From: Raillietiella orientalis
Lineage: Eukaryota
Length of the DNA: 47,437 nt
Assembly: GCA_036172245.1 (NCBI GenBank)
Contig: JAYWIR010000169.1
Location: forward strand, 1-47,437
Direction: 5' to 3'
Made by a program: the position numbers and the translations under genes. Shown one piece after another: positions 1 to 12,876 of this stretch (positions are counted from its first letter, which is position 1; each line of letters starts with the position of its first letter). Under the pieces are notes generated by a model, which made no database searches, had not been told where the DNA came from, and saw nothing but the letters and a program-made list of their open reading frames with translations.

Positions 1-3000
1 GTCCAGTGCTCCAGAGCTTCCTGCTGCCAAGCATCTCAATTGGAGGAGCGGCAGGAAATCCAGGAATGGGCTAACAGCAACGAGGACAAGTGCCTCAGTG
101 GGTAGCCAAATCCAGTTCTCCGGCGAAGGTTGCGCGTCAGCAATGAAAGCAATCCGGCACTTCCGACACATCGCTGGAGAATATGGCGAGCCGGAGCACA
201 CCAGTGACCAGACCACAATTTCCCACATAGGCATAGAAGCCGGAACTGCACTTGCAGTCCAATCTTCTGGATGGTCAGGATGCCCAGGCCTGCGTCCTAG
301 CATGGCGCTACCAAATCTTTGAGGCGAACCCTGGATCGCGCAGCACCCCACAAGACCTTACGTAGGAGATGCTGCGCCCGGAGTTTAATCACATAGGGAG
401 GCAAGCAAACAAAAAATAAGGGGCGGAGGAGGGTGGCAAGGAAAGTGTTCCATATGCACGCCCTTTCCGGCAAGACAAACTTGCCTTCCAGCAACGGGCC
501 TAGAGCCATCTCTGCCTTTTGAAGACAGGCCGACCACTATTCAGACGAGCAGAAGACGCCCAACGGTATGCCAAGGTACTTGTAGTACCCGACCGTGAGG
601 ATCCACAAGCGGTTCCAGTCGGCCTGTCCCTCCCACGACGCACCACCGGCATGACGGAGCACTTCGCCCTGTTAACGCTCATGGCCGCTCCACGACGGAT
701 CAGCTCGAAGAAGTCTTGGACCGAATGCGGCGGAGTAGACATGGGCAACAGAAGCTGAAGGTCGTCGGCGTATGCTGCCGCGGACGGAGTACACGGAGAG
801 GCGCTGGGCAGGACGGCAAGCATCAGCCACTACGCTTTCAGCACCAACTCAAAGTAGATGCTGAAGAGCAACGGGCTTAAGCTGTCGCCCTGTCTGATGC
901 CTCTGCGCACGGACACTCCGTACACGCGGGAGCCACTGAAATACAAGTTGACAATCGCGTGGCGCCAGCAGGAGCGCAAGTACAGGAGAAGATGATTCGG
1001 AAGCCCAAGACGGTCCAGGAGCTCGAAGAGGAGTTCCTGGTTTACGCAGTCGAATGCTTTAATGCTTTGTGCAAATCTACTGCTAGTGCCAAGGCTCCCG
1101 GCCTTTCTCCTGTCCGTCCGCACTGGCGCACGCAGTCGGCAGAAGGTCTTGCCGCTGTTCGGCTATCCGCCGCAACGCGCTCCTGAAGCTGCCACCAGGT
1201 GCGCGCGAAAAGAAGGTTCGCATCCATGGATCTACCCGGTACAGCGTAAGACTGCTCCGGGCTTACCACGGACTCCGCGACTTTCCCTATGCGCGTGACT
1301 CACAGCTTCGAAAACAACTTGACGTCCGTATTCAATAATGTGATCGGACGCCAGTTGTTGAGTTGACGCAGATCCCCTCTTTTCGGAAGGAGACGCACTC
1401 TTGCTGAGCGGAAGGAAGAAGGGACATCGCCCGTCACCCTCATCAGCGTCGAGATTCTAAGAACCAGTGGGGCGAATTCCGCCGCGAAGCTCTGATAGAA
1501 CTCCGCGGGCAGTCCGTCCTCACCTGGCGTCTTCCGTCTGTTGAGTCCTGCGATGGCGGAAGAAACTTCCTCCAACGTGAAGGGCTCGTCGAGACGAGCA
1601 CGTTCCTCCTCGCCGATGCCATGTGCAGCCCGCGGCAAAAGTAGTTCGGAGAGGAGTCTTCCCGTCGGGGAATTAGCGTAGAGCAAGGAGAAGTGTCGCT
1701 CTACTGCTTGTTGCACTTCGGCAGGAGCCGTGCATTCCCGGCCCTGGTCGTCGAGCAGAATAGCCGCTCCAGACTGCCAGACCAGGCGCTCGGCCTTCGC
1801 CTTGTACTCTGCGAGTTGCCGGACTTCCGCACGTCTCGAGAAGGAGCGCGCCTGCAGAAATGCTCTGTTTTTGGCCACGCCTTCCCCGAAGCCGCGTGGT
1901 AGCAGGTGCAGGGGGAACCGTTCGCAAAACTTGCGAACCGATCTTTTAAGATGGTCCCAGTCTGCGAGTTCCCGGATGGCAAAGCCGCGAAGGAACTGGC
2001 GAAGATACTCCGCCGCCTCCGGATGATTGAGCCAATCCGCCGGCATTCTCCGAACATTGTTTAAAGGTCCCTTGCCCGGCGGGAGTAGCTCGAACTCCAG
2101 CCTATCGTGGTCCGATAACGTGGACGGCACCCTGCCTCTCCTTCCCACTCGCGAGAGTAGGTGTTCATCGAGGTAGAGGTGATCCACGCACCTTTCCATT
2201 CCAGGCTCGCCGCCTTCCAAGTTACGCGCATGCACCGACGCGCATGCCTCTTCCACCCGCGACCGTTCCGCCAGGGACCGTGTCTCGTTGGAAAGCAGGT
2301 GGACGTTGAAGTCCCCTGCGACGAGATGCGCCACTCGGGCTCCAAAGTTCCTAAGCCATTGGCTCTCCAGCACGTCGAGGAACTCGATTCTTTCGACACG
2401 CCGATGAAAGCCGCTCGGCGCGTAGACGTTCGTTACGACGAGGTCGATTGAATCTGACCACTTGAGTACAAGTTGGCCCATTCGCCCTTCCTGGTCGAAT
2501 CGAACGCTGCGCACCGCTCCCACCATCCTACTACTACTATGCGTGGTCGCGGTTTTCGCAACGCTTTTCGGAGCTTTGATGTTTCTTTCTCTCGATTCGC
2601 GGCGATTATTCCGCGACGCGGAACGCGATTCGTTCCTGCGCTTTTCGTTTTTTAAAAGGAGCACCGGGCACGTCCCCTTAGTGTGCCCGTGCTCGTGGCA
2701 GTAACGGCAAGCGGCCGAGGAACACTTCGTAATGCGGTGACCCTCCTGCCCGCATTCCGCGCATACACGGGTTTGCCCGGCAAACCACAGGCGGACGGTC
2801 ATCCCATCCACCTGCAGTCGCGTGGGCATTGCACGGCGATCCGTCATCGTCACTCGCACTTGCGCGAGCCCTCTGTGGTGGTCTTCGAACCCTTCAGCAG
2901 GGTTTGGCAGCCTCCAAAGCGCGTGGACGGTAGCGAATTTTTCAAGGGCCTCGACGACCTGGCGGTCCGAAAGGCCCTTACACACTCCACTGAGCCGGAC

Positions 3001-3528
3001 AACGAACGACTGGTCCGTTGTGACAGGGAGTATTTCCTGCCCACGAATGAGCAGCGGCGTGTGCAGCAAACGCTGCGTAAGGAAAGCGTCCTTACAGGAC
3101 ACCTCCCAGTAGCCGCACCCACTCATGGGCATGATGGACTCCAGTTGGCCTTTTTGAACTCCAATCCGTTGGAGTTCCTGGCCAAACTCGCGCCCAACCC
3201 GCTCAGGCATAAGGACACTTAACTTATACCTGAGTGCAGGCGTGTAGCCATTTGCTACATACGCCTGAAGCTCAGGGCTGTCGGGCGAAGGTCTCATCGT
3301 AGCCGCGAGGGCAGCGACCTGAGCGAATGTTCTCCGGGCGAATGTCCCGTCGGCGAGGACAGAGGCTCCTTGCTAGCAGCCGAAGCAGCCATCTCAGGAG
3401 CAGCTGACGTTCCCTTCTTGCGGCTGATGTCCTTCTTTGCTCCCATTGCAGCACAGAAGCACAGCAGAACAAAAACACACAAGAGCTAATCTACCGCGGA
3501 GCGACGCAAAAGCACGTCCGTACGCGAC
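1..3528 (-). mobile_element. L1/Tx1-clade non-LTR retrotransposon, copy D (intact 5' end, runs off the window; decayed)
   Basis: 5' motif CGGACGTGCTTTT (rc 3508-3520). ORF1 knuckles CAECGQEGHRITKC and CRYCHEHGHTKGTC. APE motifs NVYAPS, GDFN, DHLY, SDH. RT motifs PGEDG, WRPITLLNTDVK, KAFD, GIRQGDSLSPLLF, YADD. Stops and frameshifts downstream of 1300. Confidence 0.93.
1300..3297 (-). pseudogene. In-frame ORF1-ORF2 fusion (RRM-like region + 2 CCHC joined to an N-truncated APE and RT N-terminus), probably made by internal deletion
   Basis: The 665-aa ORF passes from the ORF1 basic tail to mid-APE (DQEGRM..NVYAP) near 2520-2560. It lacks the APE N-terminal xWNVNG/QE motifs seen in copy J and ends at a TGA where relatives have Trp (KLW). 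Confidence 0.8.
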
Positions 3529-5973
3529 CGTCGCTGATGCGTGAGACGGGAGATGTTCCCGCTTCTTTCCGCTCAGCAAAGGTGCGGCTCCTGCCGAAAG
3601 GCGGGGATTTGCGTCACCTCAGCAACTAACGCCCGATCGCCTTGGTAAATCCGGACGTCAAGCTGTTCTCGAAGCTATGGGTCGCGCGCCTCGACAGTAT
3701 CGCGGAGTCCTTGGTAAGTCCGGAGCAGACGTATGCTGTTCCGGGGCGGTCCATGTACGCGAATCTCTTCTTCGCGCGAAGATGGTTCGAGTTGCAGCAG
3801 CGCGTGGCGCCGCAGAGCCAGTCAGCCGAAATCGCCGCTGCCAAAGGTAAGCGGCGGTGTTCAAGGCACGATGGAACGCCGAGCGCCTTAGCGGTCGCCG
3901 TCGATCTCTGCAAAGCGTTCGACAGCGTAAACCAGGACCTCCTTCTGGAGCTTCTGGGACGCCTAGGCCTCCCGACGCACCTCATCGCCTACTTGCGCTC
4001 CTGCTGGCGTCACGCGTTATGCTGTATCTCTTTCAGCGGGCGCAACGTGTACGGCGTTCCCATATGGCGAAGTATCAAGCAGGGAGACAGCTTAATCCCC
4101 TTGCCCTTCAGCATCTTCTTTGAGTTGGTGCTGAGGGCGTACACGCTGACGCTTACCAACCTGCCGAGCTCCTGCCCGGGAACACCGGCCGTCGCCGCCT
4201 ATGCTGACGACCTTCTCCTGCTGCTGTTCATGTCCACCCCGGCGTCCAGGCTCGAGGACTTCTTCGAGCTCATTCGTCGGGGAGCGGCCCTGAGCGTCAA
4301 CAGGACGAAATCAACGGTTGTACCGGTTGGCTCTACGTGGGAGGGGCAGTCCGACTAAATCCGCTTGGGGATCCTTACGGGCAGGTGCTTGAAGTACCTC
4401 GGCGTTGCCTTGGACGCCTTCTGTCCAGCAGAAGGGTGGTCGGACTGCCTTCACAAGGCCGAGACTGCTCTGGGCCCGTTCCATGGCGGCAGGTTTCTCC
4501 TGTGGGAACGGGCCTTCGTGTGGAACATTTTCGTTGTCCCCCTCCTCCGTCCCCTCTTTTTTGTTTGTCCCCCTCCCTACTTGGCTAAGCGCCGGGCGGA
4601 ACGCCTGTTGCGGAACGCCATGTGGGGACCGGCGAGGTCCAGGATACGCCTGAAGGACTTGGCGGCTCCTCGGCGGGATGCAGGATTGGGCATCCTGACG
4701 CTGGAGCGGATCGGACTGCTAGTGCAGTTTCGCATGCTGGCACTTTGTGCGCAGCTCTGGACTACTCCCTGGTGTGCTCCAGCGCGGCTGCTGCTGCGGC
4801 GCTGCACGGGTGTCGACGGACTACGTTCGTTGCATCTGCGCACGGAGCGCGCCCAGAGAGGATTCGGCTTTTCTCTGAAGCAGCTCGCCACGCTTCTGGG
4901 AAAACATGAGTGGATCTCCTGCCGGCCGAAGAACTTCAACGCCTGGAGGCAGGAAGCCTTATCGTCCTGGGCAGCGCAACGGGATGTGTCCCGTTTGGAA
5001 CTCCGTTGCGTGAAACTTTCCCCATACTGTCCAGTAGGGGAGGTGCTAAGAGACCAGGACCAGTGGACACGCATAGCCGCTACGCCACTCGCCGAAGCAC
5101 TGTGTGCATTGATGGTGGGAGATGACTGTGACCTGCCGGCGAGGTGGGAGATCACTTGCGAAATCGCAGGCGAAACCCGACTGCTGGGCGGCTGGCGGAC
5201 TTGCGAAGTGGCAGACGCTGACACACCTCGCCTTCGTGCCAAGGGACTTCTCCGGTGGAGTGAGCTCCTCGGGGTGCCCACCGTTGAACTTGTGGTCCCT
5301 TCGTCGTGTTTGGACGCGACTCTCTTCCCCCTTCGGTGGAAACAGGACCCTTTTCTGCTGATGCATTGGGGTTTGTACTGCAACCAGCGGGCGCACCTGA
5401 TTTCCGGGGGAGTTGCTTCCCCGAACTGTGCCCAATGCGGAGCGGTGGAATGGCTTCCGCATTTGCTGTTTGAGTGCGGTGCCCTCCAGGATCTGTGGCG
5501 GCGTCTCTCTTCAGCTCTCCTGCACCCTGGACACACCGCACTGGATTCGATGCGCCGCTTCTACACGCGTGGCGGTCTTTCTCTTGGAGCGGTCGTCGCA
5601 ATCATCTGCTGCGTCCGCGCCATTGTCAGGGCCCGCCACGTATTGCAGATGCGACGAGTCCCAACATCGGTCCCCGACACCGCAGCCTGCAACCTGCAAA
5701 TGGCTGCCGGGTGGCCACACCTGGGAGCAGAAGTGAGGACGGAGATCGGCGGCATTCACCGCCGGTTCTGAGAATAGGAACGGTGAGACTGCATACCCCT
5801 GTCCCCGCCCTCCCACCCAATTTATTTATTTATTGTTCCACCCCCTCCCGTTCCGAAATCTCAGTGTACCCGGCCTCCGTTCCGGGAAATCTACTCCCCA
5901 TTTTCTGTTCCCCTTGCCTGGGAACACAGTTCCCAGGTGATATGAATAAACGTCCCGGCGCAACCGGGTAATA
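3529..5973 (+). mobile_element. L1/Tx1-clade retrotransposon, copy A (RT to 3' end)
   Basis: Starts at SLMRETGDVPASF. ORFs 3642-4358 and 4365-5771 contain DLCKAFD, QGD, YADD, KYLG and C-terminal CAQCGAVEWLPHLLFEC. 3' end is AATAAAcgtCCCGGcgcaaCCGGG (5945-5968). Confidence 0.93.
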
Positions 5974-7170
5974 AACGATAACGCTGCATTCTTTAATCTG
6001 CTCTCTTGCCTGCTGTTTTTTCTGGCGGTACGCGAGCTTTTTCTCCATCCTCCTCTCCTTCTTTGATTTTTCGGCCGTAGCCACCTGCCATCCAGGCTCC
6101 TGGCTAGTTCCTTCGACTGGTTCGGCGTTGTTTGCCGGGGTCTCGGGTGCGGCCTGGGCCTTGGGCGCGGGTGGCACAGCCTTCGCGGCAGCTTTCGCCG
6201 CCAGCTTTTTCTGCAGCAGCCGGGCGCGTTTTTGAAGGTTTCTCTTGGAAACCACCCGCACTGCTGCTTTTGGGCACACCTCCTTCGTGTGACCCATTGT
6301 GCCGCATACTTGGCACTGCACGTTGGGACACCACGTTTCGAGGTGGCCCGAAGTATCGCAGAAACCGCAGTATTTTTGCTTCCCCACATACCAAAGGTCG
6401 ACGGTTTCGCCTTCGACCACCAGTTTTTGTGGAAGGGTGCAGCCCTCCCGAACGGTCACGCGCGCAGCCGTGAGGCCGTGTTGCAGCTCCGTGTAGTCCT
6501 CGAAAGGACTAACTTTCGTCCACTGCGCGTGGACCGTTCAAAATTGTTCCAGAGCGGCGGGAACCTGTTCTTTGCGCATTCGCGCGGTTACGCCTAACAG
6601 GTGGACCACCATGCTGCGGTCCGCCGTAGTGGGGAGGAGCCTGCGCGTCCCCATCACAACGGGGTTATTAAGCATTCGTTGCGCCAGCTCTGCTTGTTTG
6701 CAGATGACCTCAACGTACTGACCCCCGCTGCGGATGTTCATAGCGCTGAACTCTTCCTCTTTCACATCGAGAGCGCGCATGCGCTTCGAAAAGGCGCGCG
6801 CGCTCTCTAAAGAATATAAATTGTCTACCTTGTAGAACAATGAGGGGTTGTACCACTCCTCTACATAGGCCGACAGTTCCGCCGCGGCTGCAGGCAATGG
6901 CGCCGACACAACGGCGCTCCACTCCCGCGCTGCAGAGGAGACCGATTCTGTGCTGGCGCATGCTTCCACCTTCATCGCCTCTCGGGGCGACGTTGCCGCC
7001 GCCCCCTGGCTCTCCATCGCCACTGGGGGCGGCGTTGCCGCTGCCCCCTGGCCATCCCTGGTGGTCGCGTCAGTCATCGCTGCCTTATCGACCAGCGAAC
7101 CACACGACGCTAGCACGAGGGGAGACTTCCTGGCACGAGGAGCACCGAGAAAACACGTCCGCCTTCGAGC
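5974..7170 (-). mobile_element. L1/Tx1-clade retrotransposon, copy B (5' end and ORF1 only)
   Basis: 5' motif GGCGGACGTGTTTTCTCGG (rc ~7146-7163). ORF1 pieces 6538-7116 and 5974-6459 carry CGFCDTSGHLETWC and CQVCGTMGHTKEVC. Closely similar to copy J. Confidence 0.9.
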
Positions 7171-9313
7171 GCATAAAGCGTTCGACTGCGTAATCCAGAG
7201 GCTGCTCTTGGAGCTTATGGAACGCCTTGGATTCCCGGCGCAACTTCTGCTTTACTTGCGCGATTGATGGCGCCACGCGCTAACCAGCATTACTTCCAGC
7301 GGCTGCCGCGTGTACGGTATTCCCGTTCGTAGGGGCATCCGGCAAGGTGATAGCCTAAGCGAATTTCTCTTCAGCGTCTACTTTGTGTTGATGCTGAGAG
7401 CTAACAGTGAAACTTTGGCAACCCTGCCGAACTCGTTTCCCTGCACGCCTATCATGTCGGCGTATGCCGACGACCTGCTGCTGCTGTTCACCGGGTCCAC
7501 CCCTGCATCGGCGCTCGAGGATTTCTTGGAGTCGCTGCGCCGCGGGACAGGACTCTAAGTGAACAGGACGAAGTCGTTGATGATATTCTCGGACTCGGCG
7601 CGGATAGGATGGTCTCACTGGATCCGCTTGGTGATCCTTACTGGCGTGTACTGCAAGTACCTTGGCGTTCTGTTTGGGGAGTTCTGCGACGGAGAAGCCT
7701 GGTCCGACCGTCTCCAAAAGGTGGAGTTGCCGAGCTGCCCATTTCAGGACTTGCAGGAACGGGCTGCGCTGTGGAACGCTTTCGCGGCTTCTCTTCTTGG
7801 CTCCCTTCTTTTTGTGTGCCCACCCCCTCCTCAAATAAGGACACGGATAAGAGTGCTCATAAGGAAAACTTTTTGGAGCAATTGGATGTCCTGCGTCAGG
7901 CTTGAAGACTTGTGCTCTCCACACAGGGACGATGGACTTGGTCTCCTGACATTGGGGCTTTGGGAGCGACAGCTCCAATTCAGAAAACTTGCCCTTGTGG
8001 CAAAGTGCTAGATAGCACGCTGGTGTGCGCGTACAAGACTCCTCGCCCACAGGGCAACCAGCTGCTACGGATTGACCTCAATCCTAGTAGTCAACGAACG
8101 TAGTTTGAACCATTGTGGGTTTCAGCTGCGGGACTTGATTGTCCTGTTGAGAGACAATCCATGGATCTCCTGCATCCCCGCGGAATGGACTACCTGGTTC
8201 CATGTGTCCATTTCCGCATGGGCTAAAATCAAAGCTTCCAGCGATGTGGACTTCTCCTGCCTCCGTCGAGGCCGGTACGCTGGCCAGCCACTGGAGGAGA
8301 TCGTTTCGAACCCACAAAAACTTGTGTGGGCTTCCTTCACCCCCCTTGCCCCTGTGCTGCCCTCCCTCTGAGAAGCCAGGGACAAGAGGAGGCATCGTGG
8401 GAAGTGTGCTGCCTCATCAGAGGCAGGAAAAAACTGATGAAGGCGTGTTCGTCCCGGGAATTACTGGACGCTACGACACCGAGTGTTCCGCCTAATGGAA
8501 TTGTGCGCCGGGCGAGCTGCTGGGTATGCCTCCGAGAGAGTTGAAGTGGGCATCAGCGTCCTGGGACAACAGCACCCCCCTGCAGTGGCGGGAGACAGCG
8601 TTGCTTCTGCTTCATTGGGGACTTTTAAGCAGAGCACGCCTTTCTCACTGGACCTCAGGGAGAGTGGGTGCCAATTGCACAGAGTGAGGGGAAAGGGAGA
8701 CCTTCTTCCACTTAATCATCGAGTGTGTTGCCCTCCACCAGATTTAGTATCGACTCTGGTCGATCCTGAACATTCCGGTTGGCGACCTAAAAAACATTTT
8801 TAGACTCCTCCTGTTACAAAACGCCATGCCAGCCCACGAGTGTGTAGCAGTGCTCTGTTGCATACGCGGAATTTTGGACAAGTGGACCACAACCAGGAGA
8901 TGACAAAGAAGTTGGAATGCCATCCATTGGGCAGTAATCTCCATGGAGAAGGCTTCCCGTTGGCGCCGGCTAAGTTCTTCCTGCACTTGTTTGCATCCGG
9001 AACCAGATGCAGAGGCCTATCCACGACGAACCGTGATCCCTTCCCTTCCCTCCCCTCTCCATAAACATTGTCCTCCAAGCGTTTTTACTTTTTTTTGTTT
9101 TTTTTTTTCTTTTTCCGTCTCCTTTGTCAGTGGAGAAGGCCTTACCGGCATACAAGTCGGAAAGAACAAGTGCATAAGATAAGAAAATAAGAAGGATGTG
9201 CTCTGACAGGAACACAAATACAATTAATTAAAAATTGACAGCAATTAATAATTGTAAAAATGCTTTTTAATAATAAAAGTCCCGGCTTACCCGGGTGAAA
9301 AACCCGGGTGAAA
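7171..9313 (+). mobile_element. L1/Tx1-clade retrotransposon, copy C (from RT HKAFD to 3' end; decayed)
   Basis: Begins GCATAAAGCGTTCGAC (HKAFD), then GIRQGD, YADD, KYLG. 3' end AATAAAagtCCCGGcttacCCGGGTGAAA (9272-9300), with the terminal CCGGGTGAAA repeated. Same family as copy G. Confidence 0.9.
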
Positions 9314-9390
9314 GAAAAAGAGCCACGTGCGCCGCGAGGAACGCGACCGGCTCTGAGGTACTTAGCGAACCAAAAAAAAAAGAAAAAAGA
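9314..9390 (+). mobile_element. 3' tail of a SINE (same family as 12877-13657)
   Basis: AAAAGAGCCA..GCGACC(G/A)GCTCTGAGGTACTTAGCGAACC plus an A-tract, matching 13581-13657. Confidence 0.85.
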
Positions 9391-12300
9391 AGAACCCAAG
9401 GATTTCCTTCGTCCTAGGCCAATAGTAACGATCTCCTCGTGGGGGTTGCTACTGACCTTAAAAAAAAAAAAAATGTAAGTAAAAAATGAATTCTAATTTT
9501 AAAACTCTAATAAATTTATAATTGTAATCCAATATTTACTTGTTCATGCAATATATGCATATAGTATATACAGATATATACAAGAATGTATATTTATTTT
9601 CATGATCTTCGATTCATGTACATGAATAATAAAAATGATGCTGATACATGTTATTAATTACATCAAAAAATATATGTCAATAAATATTAATAAGGGCACG
9701 TGCTGAAATAAAATTCTACAGTAATCGGTACACGAATATGTATAATAGACGTGCATACTTGCTTTTTTATGATCTTTCGGAATCTCGAACCACATTCGAG
9801 CCAGTCAGACATTGCGATTTCCTGTTTCGCATCCCACGGACTGTAACATCAACGACTCAATGCCCTCAGGGAACGGTGAGCGGCATGTGCAAATTTCCAT
9901 CGCTTCTTTCGTGGCCATGGCCGCTGATACTTCCTTTCGATACATCTGTGTTGTATGGGAGTTACTGAACTTCGAAGAATGAGCTTGGAAGCTGGAGAAC
10001 GATACTCCCAAAGTCTTTAATGTGACCCTCCACCTAAGATTGCTCTCTTTTGATTCTTAACTTTTTCTGGCACATCAAACACGTCTGGAAGTGCCATCCA
10101 ACAAGTTTATGTGCGATTGCCACTGGCTCAATCAAGAGATGTTCGAGTATATTTCTGTTTTCACTAGGATGAAGAACTGTGTCCCTGATAGCTTGAAAAA
10201 CAACTATGGGTGGTAAGCAACCAAGAAATAGTCTTGGTAACCAAGTATATTTCTTTCCGACGTGACTAAGGCAGTTATTTCCCCATACGAAAGTCTGCTT
10301 TCCATTAATTTGTGCAAAAACACCTATTACTGCAACAGTCCCCATGTTGACGATCAGTTCTTTACTGGTATTTCTATTAATTAAGGAATAATTTCACCCA
10401 GGTTCCAGGACATTTATTTAAAAAACAAATCTCAAGTTATAAGCGATCAGTGTCCCTAGATTACAAAAGATGCCTTCCCAAAAAAGCTCATTGGAGATGA
10501 CCACCCGCACGCAAGTCGGATTTTAGGAAAGTTAAAAATGGGAAGAAGGAAACAATAAATACATCAAAAGAAGAAGGAAAAAAAAAAGACGGGAGTGTAG
10601 GAGCAAGGGTCATTGGTTTCATTCGTTGTTTTCTTTCTGAAAGCCGCCGTGTGTGGTGATGATCTCACTGAGGACATCTTCAAGTCGAGATTAGGGGAGG
10701 AAAATCCACAGACTCAATTTAGAGAGAAGCTCTGTTTCGTGAAAGGAAAAAACTAGTGAGTGTTCTGACCACCCTTACTGAGCAATGAATCATCTAGCCG
10801 CACGGTTCCTGAGCTTTTAAAGAAGGAATGCCAAGCCGAGGATCGCGTCATCTCGCACTTACTGCTGGCACCAAAGGCAAAAGGATCAATGGTTGCAAGC
10901 AGCTCACTATTCTGAGGAAGAATCGATGGAAACTTCTAAAACGGTAGTGATTACTTTTCGACGGCAGTCAAGTGGCTGTAGAACTCGGAAGCCACTGAGG
11001 GGTGTGTAACGAGTCGCCTGACTAACAACTGGCCATGGTAATGGATGGTGCTCAAGCATCAAGCAGACAACCAACTACTGGAACAGAACTGTTCCTACCT
11101 CCTAGCATTCTCGCTGCGGAGAACGGCGGACTCCTCGGACACAGGAAGGCAGGCAGGCCGCGATGGTTTGCTCAGAGAAGGCCGTGGGCACCAAATCACC
11201 TAAAGCCGTCGTCTGTGCAGATCCTGCCAGTGCTAGCGTAATCCTCTAGTGATGATCCTGGAAGGATGATCTGGGGATCTGGTGACATCTCGTGGAACTG
11301 TCCCCACGCGAAAGACCCCCGTGCCTAGTTTCCTTGGATCCCAAAGCTCCTCTTTCAGTATACCCAGTTAGACTATGAAGCACCGCTTCAGTGCCCCGAT
11401 TCTGATTCGAAAACGCAGGCATATGGAATAAAGGCAAAACTGAAATCACCAAAACAGCAATCAGCATTATTTGGAATAAGTTTTTGTTGTTATGGACATC
11501 ATAAATAGTGCTAAAAATAAGAATTTAAGGGAAGTAATTCAAGTTCATATGAACATCGGTCACCTTAGTAACATTCTGGAACAACAGAGATCGATTAAAT
11601 ATTTTACATGAAAATCTAATTCCTGACTGCAAGAAATACGACAGCAAACAATTGACTGAGAGTGGAAGATTTCAAGAAAGTGGCGAAAACTCGAATGGCA
11701 ATGAAAATACAGACGATGAGCTTTTCTGGTGGAAGTGCAGGCCTAAAAGATAATTAGAAAAAACAAACATCTGGTGTATGTCTTCTGCAGAAATGGAGTG
11801 CTGAGGTATTGGCTTTTCTCATCGTAATCAGTGAAGTTAGCAACTTGTGAATTCTTCACAGTGACCCTGAAAATTCGATTTCCATTTGTTAAAATGCCTA
11901 CTTGCTAGTTGCCTTCCCTGTACGGGCACTTTTATGCATCTGTCTTCATTGTCTTTGAAGCTCTGGTCAACAGACTACTCTCCTTCTCGATCTGGAATCT
12001 GATGAGGAAACCAATAAGCAATTAAGCTCCAAATAGTGGAGGTGTTGTAAGGGAGGCAACATCTAGATAAGGTATTTCTTGACTGATTCAATGGGAAACA
12101 GCAGCAGGGAGAGTTACTCAATCGCTTTTATCATTTTCTTGTTCAGCGTTTGCACTAGCTTCTGTATTTTCAACTCGAAAGAAGGAGGTACAAAACTTAC
12201 TTTTGCCAAAAGCATTCCTGCAGAGAAGCACCTGATCGCTGCTACCTTGAAGTGCGCGCCAATTCCTACCCGCAGATTTCGGCTGCACTTCCGGGATGGT

Positions 12301-12876
12301 GACGAAGAAGGATGGAAAAGGAAATCACACCAACTCTGTCGATGTTTAGCAGACGAAAGAACGCAACTGCTTCGATTTCAGATCTGCGGATCTGAGTATT
12401 CGATCTGTCGGACGTGCAGTGGATGCTGCACAGGGAAAAAATTCGATTAGAGAATTGAGGCAGGAGAACCACTTTGCTCGTGCACGCCCGCACACTGCGA
12501 ACTCCTCTGACTCATTCCTTCTTTGAGGAAGGCGGTCACCAAGTAAGAGTTGCTGTCTGATGGTAGACTCAGAATGTTCAGTATGGTTAGACTCTGCTTG
12601 GTTAACTCGGAATCCAAGTTCCCCCTCATGACTCAGTGCTGAGTTCCATTGTGAGACCCATGTAAACGAAGTGCGGATTGCCGATGCCTGTAGTTTGCAT
12701 AGATAAATGAAGAAACTTTTATCGAGCAAATCTCAGGGTGTCGTTGTGATCAAGGCTAGTCCTTGCATGTATCTAAAGGACACCACTCAGCCTATCATCA
12801 GATCAGATGGTGTATCTAGGATGCGTACGATTCAAAGTTGCCTTGAATAGAAGGGTTGAACTGAGCATCGTAAGGT

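Noticed and set aside
4577..5601. Long antisense or alternate-frame ORFs over the elements (also 31988-32854, 44672-45397)
   Set aside because: Shadows of GC-rich retrotransposon ORFs with no independent motifs.
5974..9313. B+C (or J+I) as a single twin-primed inverted element
   Set aside because: Near-identical B and J pair with strongly different RT halves, and kilobases between the breakpoints are missing; insertion into a host fits better.
1..9313. Bacterial retron, group II intron or DGR reverse transcriptase
   Set aside because: The RT is linked to an APE, a CCHC ORF1 and a C-terminal zinc finger, which is diagnostic of L1/Tx1 non-LTR elements.
9738..9776. AYLLFY motif resembling a ubiquitin-specific protease C-terminus
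   Set aside because: Only six residues in AT-rich DNA, with no His or Cys box nearby.
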